DNA of 57,247 nucleotides from a virus: IMG/VR virus record IMGVR_UViG_3300010970_000087; one strand, 5' to 3'. Shown piece by piece: positions 51,373 to 57,247 of this stretch (position 1 is its first letter; each line of letters starts with the position of its first letter). The notes under the pieces were generated by a model. It saw only the letters and a program-made list of their open reading frames with translations, ran no database searches and was not told where the DNA came from. The position numbers and the translations under genes were made by a program.

Positions 51373-51861
51373 ATGGCAACTATTACAACTTTGGCTGGTG
51401 CAGCCTCCGCTGGTCGCACCGCTGGTGCTGTCCCTTACTTGGTCGATGTTACCGTTGACTTCGCTGCCGCAGCTACAGCTAAAGGTTCTGCCTTGGCTGC
51501 TGCTGACGTTATCGAAGCTCTCAGTGTTCCCGCTAACACCCTCATTTTGAATGCTGGTATGGAAGTTATCACCGTCCTCGGTGGTGAGTCTTCTGACACT
51601 ACATTTGACTTGGGCGTGACTGGTGTTGACGCTGACAACTTCGTTGATGGCTTTGATGCTGACGCTGCTGCTGCTGGTGCTTATGCCCAGAACGCTGCTG
51701 CTTTCCAGCCTATCGTCAACGCTACTGCTGACACTATTGACATCTTGATTGCAACTGCAACCACTGCACCTACCTCTGGTGAAGTGCGTGTGTGGGCTGT
51801 CTTGATGAATATTGATGGTCGTCCTGCACGAGCTTCCGTTGACCGTGAGCAACTGGCTTAA
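51373..51861 (+). CDS. Putative capsid decoration/accessory protein (162 aa)
   Basis: Strong AAGGAGAAA SD, same codon style as the capsid gene, Ala-rich, and immediately followed by tandem terminators. Confidence 0.45.
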   Translation: MATITTLAGAASAGRTAGAVPYLVDVTVDFAAAATAKGSALAAADVIEALSVPANTLILNAGMEVITVLGGESSDTTFDLGVTGVDADNFVDGFDADAAAAGAYAQNAAAFQPIVNATADTIDILIATATTAPTSGEVRVWAVLMNIDGRPARASVDREQLA

Positions 51862-51874
51862 TAGCTAGGTGATG

Positions 51875-51908
51875 TGGGAGGGGCTTAACCGCCTCTCCCA
51901 TTCTTGTA
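51875..51908 (+). terminator. Rho-independent terminator after the capsid genes
   Basis: TGGGAGgGGC-ttaacc-GCCtCTCCCA (10-bp stem, 1 mismatch) followed by TTCTTGT. Confidence 0.65.
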
Positions 51909-51909
51909 T

Positions 51910-51930
51910 GCTCTATTAGAGAGCGTTTTT
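51910..51930 (+). terminator. Second, tandem terminator hairpin
   Basis: GCTCT-attag-AGAGC followed by GTTTTT. Confidence 0.5.
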
Positions 51931-51950
51931 AAAACTAAGAGGATTCTCTA

Positions 51951-52394
51951 ATGGCTATTACATCTGCCCTTTGCACAAGCTTCAAAAAAGAACTGCTTGA
52001 GCGTAAACATGACTTTAATGCTACAAGCGGTCATACTTTTAAGATTGCCTTGTACACATCTTCAGCAACCCTTGGTGCTTCCACTACTGACTATACAACC
52101 TCCAACGAAGTTGTAGGCACTGGCTACACTGCTGGCGGTATTGCTCTTACAAACATTGATCCTACTAGCAGTGGCACTACAGCATTCATTGACTTTGCTG
52201 ACGCTACTTGGTCTAGTGCAACTATTACCGCTGCTGGCGCTTTGATTTATAACACAACCACTGATGGTGGAACAGGTACAACTAATGCTGTAGCTGTCAT
52301 CTCTTTTGGTGGTGATAAGACATCAACTAACGGTGACTTTGTAATTCAATTCCCAACAGCAGACGCAAGCAACGCTATTGTCCGTATTGCATAA
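51951..52394 (+). CDS. Virion structural protein (147 aa), function unknown
   Basis: Thr/Ala/Gly-rich, in the head-tail block. Confidence 0.6.
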   Translation: MAITSALCTSFKKELLERKHDFNATSGHTFKIALYTSSATLGASTTDYTTSNEVVGTGYTAGGIALTNIDPTSSGTTAFIDFADATWSSATITAAGALIYNTTTDGGTGTTNAVAVISFGGDKTSTNGDFVIQFPTADASNAIVRIA

Positions 52395-52406
52395 GGGGTC
52401 GTAGTA

Positions 52407-53381
52407 ATGGCTACGACAACCCGGTCGGGTGCTATATATGGCATTGGTGTCTACGGGGTTTCTCGTTACGGCATAAGCAATGTTACATATGTACCAGATG
52501 GGGTGCAGGGGACAGCAACATCAGATAGTGGTGTTGTTATTAGCGGTGATGCTAACCATGTAGTTGTTAGTTTAGTAGCTGCGGGTGCTACTGGTAGTGT
52601 AGGTGTTGTAGGTGTAGCAGTCACTAGTGTTGTTGGTGTAACAGCAACTGGCTATGTTAATGATGGTGTATCGTTTAGCTTAGGCTGCACAGTATCGCCA
52701 ACTAGCTTAACAGCTACAGGTAATGTCGGTAGTGTTACTGTCATTGCTAAAGCAACTACTGCAATAGCAGGTGTAGCTGCTGTTGGTAGTGTTGGTAGTG
52801 TTACAGTTGTTGGTAATGCAGTTACATTGCTGTCAGGCGTATCGGCTACAACAGCAATAGGCACTGTAGATGTTAGATCGATTAACAGGATTCCTGTTGA
52901 TGGAATTGAAGCTACAACATCATTAGGTAGTGTAGTAGTGGTTGCTAAGGCAGCTACTACCTTAGTAGGTGTAGAAGGTGTTGGATATCTAGGCAGCGCT
53001 ACTGCAATAGCTAAGGCTTTAGTAGCAATATCTGGTGTATATGGTACAACAGCCCTTGGTGATGTAGTAGCAGCTAACAATGCAAGACCTACCTTTGATG
53101 GTGTGGTTGCTACAGGAGACGTAGGCTTAGTAGCTGTTACAGTTAGTATATTCAATTATGCTGCTGTAGCTGACTTATATGATAGAAGAAGAGTTGTGTA
53201 TGTTGAGAGACAGAGCACAGCAAAAGAGAGAACAATGTTAGTGATGGCTGAGTCTCGTAGGGTGTATGTAGATAGACAACCTACTGGATATGATAGAACA
53301 TCATATGTGGCTACTGAGCCTAGACAAGCATATACATATAGAAGATCTACTAGTGCTGATAGAAGTGCTTTAGTGGAGTAG
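52407..53381 (+). CDS. Repeat-containing fibre-like structural protein (324 aa)
   Basis: Iterated G-V-x-A-x-G-x-V-G-S-V-T-V-x-A-K-A units, then three C-terminal R-x-V-Y-V-x-R-Q-x-T repeats. Confidence 0.6.
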   Translation: MATTTRSGAIYGIGVYGVSRYGISNVTYVPDGVQGTATSDSGVVISGDANHVVVSLVAAGATGSVGVVGVAVTSVVGVTATGYVNDGVSFSLGCTVSPTSLTATGNVGSVTVIAKATTAIAGVAAVGSVGSVTVVGNAVTLLSGVSATTAIGTVDVRSINRIPVDGIEATTSLGSVVVVAKAATTLVGVEGVGYLGSATAIAKALVAISGVYGTTALGDVVAANNARPTFDGVVATGDVGLVAVTVSIFNYAAVADLYDRRRVVYVERQSTAKERTMLVMAESRRVYVDRQPTGYDRTSYVATEPRQAYTYRRSTSADRSALVE

Positions 53382-53391
53382 GAGTTTAATA

Positions 53392-53709
53392 ATGTCTTTT
53401 CGATGGCCCAATAAAGATCCAGATGAAACCTTAGACTACAGTGTAGACTGGTCTAGGTTTTTGAATGGTGCAACAATTAGTACCTGTATCTGGTCTGTAG
53501 ATGATAGCGCTGGAACAAAGACAACTATTACAGCAGGGAACACTGTTAATGGTATTCAGAATGTGGCACAGACTATTTCTGGTAGTGTCACTACAATAAA
53601 TTTAGGCTTAGGCACTAACAACACTGAATACAAAGTTTATTGCCGCATTACAGACAGTAGTGGTAATGTTGCAGAGCGAGTAGTTCGCTTACGAGTTAAG
53701 GAACAATGA
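53392..53709 (+). CDS. Small virion-module protein (105 aa)
   Basis: KDPDETLDYSVDWSRFL N-terminal motif seen in phage tail-associated proteins (recollection). Confidence 0.55.
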   Translation: MSFRWPNKDPDETLDYSVDWSRFLNGATISTCIWSVDDSAGTKTTITAGNTVNGIQNVAQTISGSVTTINLGLGTNNTEYKVYCRITDSSGNVAERVVRLRVKEQ

Positions 53710-53710
53710 T

Positions 53711-54436
53711 ATGGCATATGACTATATTGGGCTAACCAATGAAGTGAATAGAAGGTTGAATGAAGTAGAACTTACTTCTGCAAACTTTCCCACTGCTACA
53801 GGATTTTATGCACATATTAAAGATGCTGTGAATGCATCTATTCGTGACATCAATCATACTCATTATGAATGGCCCTTCAATCATGTATTGGCTGAAGAGA
53901 CATTGACAGCGGGTACAACTAGATATGCTTTCCCTGCTGATGCAAGCACTATCGACTTTGATACTTTTAGAATTAAAGAAGATGCTACGCTTTCTAACGA
54001 CACAGTGAGACTAGGTGTTATTACCTATGATGATTATCTGCAGCGCTTTGTAGATCAAGAATATTCTACAGACTCTTCTAAGCGGGAAGTTCCTTCTTAT
54101 GTGTTTCATGCACCAAGCTTAGAGTGGGGCGTTGTTCCTGCTCCAGATCAAGCATATGAAATTGCTTATGAATACTACAGAATTCCTGTAGATCTTGCTA
54201 GTGCTACCGATGTTCCTTCTGTTCCTGAACGATTTAAACAAGTCATTCTTGATGGTGCTATGTACCATGCTTATATGTTTAGAAGTAATGAGCAAGCGGC
54301 TGGTCTTGCTAAGACTAAGTTTGATGAAGGCATTAAGAAGATGCGTATTCTTCTCATCAATAGATATGTATATATGCAGTCCACTGCAATCACACAATCC
54401 ACTGCCTTTGGTTGGGTTGGCGACAGGGTTAGATAA
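53711..54436 (+). CDS. Structural protein (241 aa), putative adaptor/tail tubular A-type by position
   Basis: Sits between the capsid block and the large tail protein; TAATG junction downstream. Confidence 0.5.
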   Translation: MAYDYIGLTNEVNRRLNEVELTSANFPTATGFYAHIKDAVNASIRDINHTHYEWPFNHVLAEETLTAGTTRYAFPADASTIDFDTFRIKEDATLSNDTVRLGVITYDDYLQRFVDQEYSTDSSKREVPSYVFHAPSLEWGVVPAPDQAYEIAYEYYRIPVDLASATDVPSVPERFKQVILDGAMYHAYMFRSNEQAAGLAKTKFDEGIKKMRILLINRYVYMQSTAITQSTAFGWVGDRVR

Positions 54437-56415
54437 TGGCTGACGGATGGCAGACGTATCCCTTTGAGTTCCGTGGTGGATTGATTTCAAATCTATCTCC
54501 ACTACAGCAGGGCACTCAAGCTCCCGGAAGCGCAAGGCTCTTAAAGAATTTTGAGCCTTCTGTGGATGGTGGCTATATGCGTATTGAAGGCTATAACAAA
54601 TACGATAGTGCCTTTGTTCCTGCTTATGGCAATCCTAAGGTGCAGGGTAGTGGACAGACTGGCACTACACTAATCATCTCTAACATATTAACTGCTCCTC
54701 TTGAAGGGAGCACATTCACCGTTGCTGGTGTTACAGGCACATACACAATTGCTGCTGCTGGTGTATCCTACAACTCCACTTACAAGATTGCCACTGTCAC
54801 CCTTACAGTAGCACTGGCATCTAGTCCAGCAGATAAAGCTGCTGTCACATTCACTTCCCATACAGGCACAGTGAAAGGTATAGCTGCTTGGAACAGCACT
54901 GTTGTTGCTTCTAGGAATGCTGACATTTACAGCACCACTGGTACAGGCTTCACTAAAATTAGTGTTCCTTATTATGGCACTGTGCTTGTTAATGGTGCAG
55001 GTCAAACAGGAAGCACTGTTGCTCTTGATGGACTTATTAAGGCTCCCCAGATTGGTGATACTTTTAGTATTGCTGGTATTGAACTAGTGTATACAGTGTT
55101 GGCTGTTCCAACTGTTACATCCACAGCAGCCACTGTCTCCATCTATCCAGCATTGGCATCAAGCCCAGCAGACAATGCTGCTGTCACTTGGTTATCTGCT
55201 AATAGAACAAGCAGCTATAAAACTAGATTTAGTAAATATAGACTTAGCAACACTGAAAAAATAGTTGGTGTGGATGGTACAAACTATCCATTCATTTATG
55301 ATGGTACAACATTTAAAGTGTTGTCAGATAAGACAACAGATATTTTAGGTGCTCAGTTTGTTATTAGCCATAAGAACCAATTGTTCTTTGCTAAGGATGA
55401 GAAGATTATCTTCACTGCTCCTTATACAGATGATGACTTCACTGCTGCTGCTGGCTCTGGCATTATTAATATTGGTGGCTTAATCACTGGCATCATTGTC
55501 TTTAGAGAAACATTAATCATCTTTACAGACAAGACTATTAGTCAGCTTTCTGGAACCACCATTCAAGACTTCTCTTTACAGCCAGTCACTAAGAATGTAG
55601 GCTGTGTAGCTTCAGACACCATTCAAGAGGTTGGTGGTGATGTTATGTTCTTAGGTCCAGAGGGATTGAGACTGCTTGGTGCTACAGATCGTATTGGCGA
55701 CTTCAGCTTAGGGGTGGTGTCTAAGCCCATCCAGCCTGAGACAACTTCTTTAATTAGTGCCCATTCTGCTTTTGCTAGTTGTGTTATTAAACAGAAGTCA
55801 CAATATAGAATATTTGGTTATAATGATAGTATCACTGCGTCAAATGCTAAAGGCATATTAGGTACACAAGTTGCTGGTGAAGCCACTGGTGGTATTGCTT
55901 GGGCAGAATTGGTGGGCTTTAAATGTTATGTAGCGGATGGCGACTATCAGAACCAAACAGAAACCATTGTGTTTGCTAATAATGATGGATTTGTTTATGA
56001 GATGGAACAAGGTAATAGCTTTAATGGCTCGAACATCATTGCTTCTTTTGCCACCCCTTATGTACCTATCAATGATTTTAGAATAAGAAAGACTTTTTAT
56101 AAGCTTTACCTCTATACAGATCCCCAAGGATCTGTTACAACATCAGTGAATTTAAAGCTTGATTTTGACGATCAGGGATCCATTCAGCCTTCAACAATAA
56201 CACTGTCAAACAGCGCAGGTAGTGTAGGTTTTTATGGTAGCAGTGGTGCTAAGTATGGCACAACTGTTTATGGTGATAAGTTGAAGAAACAATTTCAAAC
56301 ACAGGTTATTGGTTCTGGATTCTCTGTATCGTTACAGTTTGTTTCAGATAGCCAAGACCCTCCGTTTTCTCTGGACGCTGCAACGCTAGAGTATGCCACA
56401 CATGATAGAAGATAA
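54436..56415 (+). CDS. Large tail (tubular B/nozzle-type) protein (659 aa) with internally duplicated insertion module
   Basis: Position immediately upstream of the tail fibre; two ~70-aa paralogous modules (GSGQTGTT...ALASSPADKAAVTF and GAGQTGST...ALASSPADNAAVTW). Confidence 0.55.
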   Translation: MADGWQTYPFEFRGGLISNLSPLQQGTQAPGSARLLKNFEPSVDGGYMRIEGYNKYDSAFVPAYGNPKVQGSGQTGTTLIISNILTAPLEGSTFTVAGVTGTYTIAAAGVSYNSTYKIATVTLTVALASSPADKAAVTFTSHTGTVKGIAAWNSTVVASRNADIYSTTGTGFTKISVPYYGTVLVNGAGQTGSTVALDGLIKAPQIGDTFSIAGIELVYTVLAVPTVTSTAATVSIYPALASSPADNAAVTWLSANRTSSYKTRFSKYRLSNTEKIVGVDGTNYPFIYDGTTFKVLSDKTTDILGAQFVISHKNQLFFAKDEKIIFTAPYTDDDFTAAAGSGIINIGGLITGIIVFRETLIIFTDKTISQLSGTTIQDFSLQPVTKNVGCVASDTIQEVGGDVMFLGPEGLRLLGATDRIGDFSLGVVSKPIQPETTSLISAHSAFASCVIKQKSQYRIFGYNDSITASNAKGILGTQVAGEATGGIAWAELVGFKCYVADGDYQNQTETIVFANNDGFVYEMEQGNSFNGSNIIASFATPYVPINDFRIRKTFYKLYLYTDPQGSVTTSVNLKLDFDDQGSIQPSTITLSNSAGSVGFYGSSGAKYGTTVYGDKLKKQFQTQVIGSGFSVSLQFVSDSQDPPFSLDAATLEYATHDRR

Positions 56416-56424
56416 GGAATAACT

Positions 56425-57247
56425 ATGACGGGCTATGTTCGTAAAGACACTACCAATAATATTGCTGACGGTAATGTTATTAATGCTGCCGACTTAGATA
56501 ATGAGTTTGATGGTATTCAAGATGCCTTCAATGCATCCACTGGACACAACCACGATGGTACTTCTGGTGAAGGCGCTCCCATCACTGCGCTTGGTCCAAC
56601 GCAGGATGTAACTATCTCTGCCACTTTGTTGGCTCCTAAAACTACAAACACTGTAGACATTGGTAGCTCTGCTTTAAAGTTTAAAGACTTATTTCTAGCA
56701 GGTAATGGCAGCATTGGTGGCACATTGGCTGTCACTGGTGTGGCTACCTTTACAGCACAGCCCATCTTGTCTAGCCTCACAGCTTCTCGTGCTGTGTTCT
56801 CCGATGGCTCTAAAGGATTGGTTAGCAATGCCATCACTGGTACTGGTAATGTTGTTATGTCTGCAAGCCCTACCCTAACTGGCACTATTGCAGCAGAAGC
56901 TCTATCGGCTTCTAGCACAGTAACCCTCTCTGGTGGTACTGCCAATGGTGTTGCTTATTTAAACGGCTCTAAAGTTGTTACAAGTGGCTCTGCGCTTACT
57001 TTTGATGGGACTAGACTAACTTCTACAACAGGAAAGTTTGGCGGGGGTGTGGCATCAAATAGCGCAAGCCTAATGGTCAACAATGCAACCAATACAGCAA
57101 CAGGAATTCAGTTATTTCAAGATGGCATTGAATCTTGGATTATGGGGATGCCAGCAAACAGTGCAGGGCTTGCTTGGTCTGCGTCTGGCTCAGAACAAAT
57201 GCGCCTAACCTCTACAGGTCTAGGTATTGGTACAAGTTCACCTGCTT
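56425..57247 (+). CDS. Tail fibre/spike protein, N-terminal part (continues at base 305 of the window / 1..1575)
   Basis: AAGGAA SD then ATG 56425. MTGYVRKDTTNNIADGNVINAADLDNEFDGIQDAFNASTGHNHDGTSGEGAPI is a widespread phage tail-fibre N-terminus. There is no stop before the window end. Confidence 0.85.
   Translation, partial: MTGYVRKDTTNNIADGNVINAADLDNEFDGIQDAFNASTGHNHDGTSGEGAPITALGPTQDVTISATLLAPKTTNTVDIGSSALKFKDLFLAGNGSIGGTLAVTGVATFTAQPILSSLTASRAVFSDGSKGLVSNAITGTGNVVMSASPTLTGTIAAEALSASSTVTLSGGTANGVAYLNGSKVVTSGSALTFDGTRLTSTTGKFGGGVASNSASLMVNNATNTATGIQLFQDGIESWIMGMPANSAGLAWSASGSEQMRLTSTGLGIGTSSPA
56944..57247. repeat. Terminal overlap, exact copy of 1..304
   Basis: See feature 1..304. Confidence 0.95.

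Noticed and set aside
1-57247. Phage RNA polymerase, tape-measure/sheath genes, reverse transcriptase/DGR, toxin-antitoxin pairs and CRISPR-Cas components.
   Set aside because: No ORF showed the corresponding motifs when read by eye, so the absence is reported rather than any call. A profile search would be needed to be certain.

Overview
The window is a complete, circularly closed genome of a tailed dsDNA phage. Bases 1-304 are identical to 56944-57247, so the unit length is 56943 nt, and a tail-fibre gene is rebuilt across the junction. The genome has two arms that diverge from a 1.4-kb coding-free control region (37984-39415) and meet tail-to-tail at 15061-15078. The minus-strand arm (37983 down to 15061) holds the early and replication genes. 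It contains many small ORFs chained by ATGA/TAATG overlaps, a GP88-like protein, a DUF932 protein, an ADP-ribosylglycohydrolase and an embedded tyrosine integrase. It also carries a T7 gp4-like primase-helicase, a family A DNA polymerase, an SSB-like protein, a 5'-3' exonuclease, ThyX, class I RNR NrdA/NrdB and two HNH endonucleases. The plus-strand arm (39416, through the junction, to 15078) holds the late genes. It contains a cluster of small Lys-rich proteins, TerS, TerL, portal, scaffold, major capsid, tail proteins and the tail fibre. It also carries a lysis cassette (holin candidate, embedded Rz/Rz1 spanins, GH19 endolysin), three HNH endonucleases and very large virion proteins of 836, 469 and 1725 aa. 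I saw no tRNA, rRNA, CRISPR array, phage RNA polymerase, tape-measure/sheath genes or recognisable repressor. The replisome is T7-like but transcription appears to depend on the host (sigma70-like promoter matches). The most interesting signals are listed below.
- A palindromic RBS cassette is repeated before eight early genes.
- The control region has an oriC-like and operator-like architecture (DnaA boxes, an 87-nt palindrome, phased TTGAAT/ATTCAA palindromes).
- An intact ADP-ribosylglycohydrolase may pair with an ADP-ribosyltransferase-like signature in the C-terminus of the 1725-aa virion protein.
- Late proteins share an AKGG plus basic-tail motif.
- The genome carries five HNH endonucleases.
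All functional calls rest on motifs read by eye, and no database search was possible.
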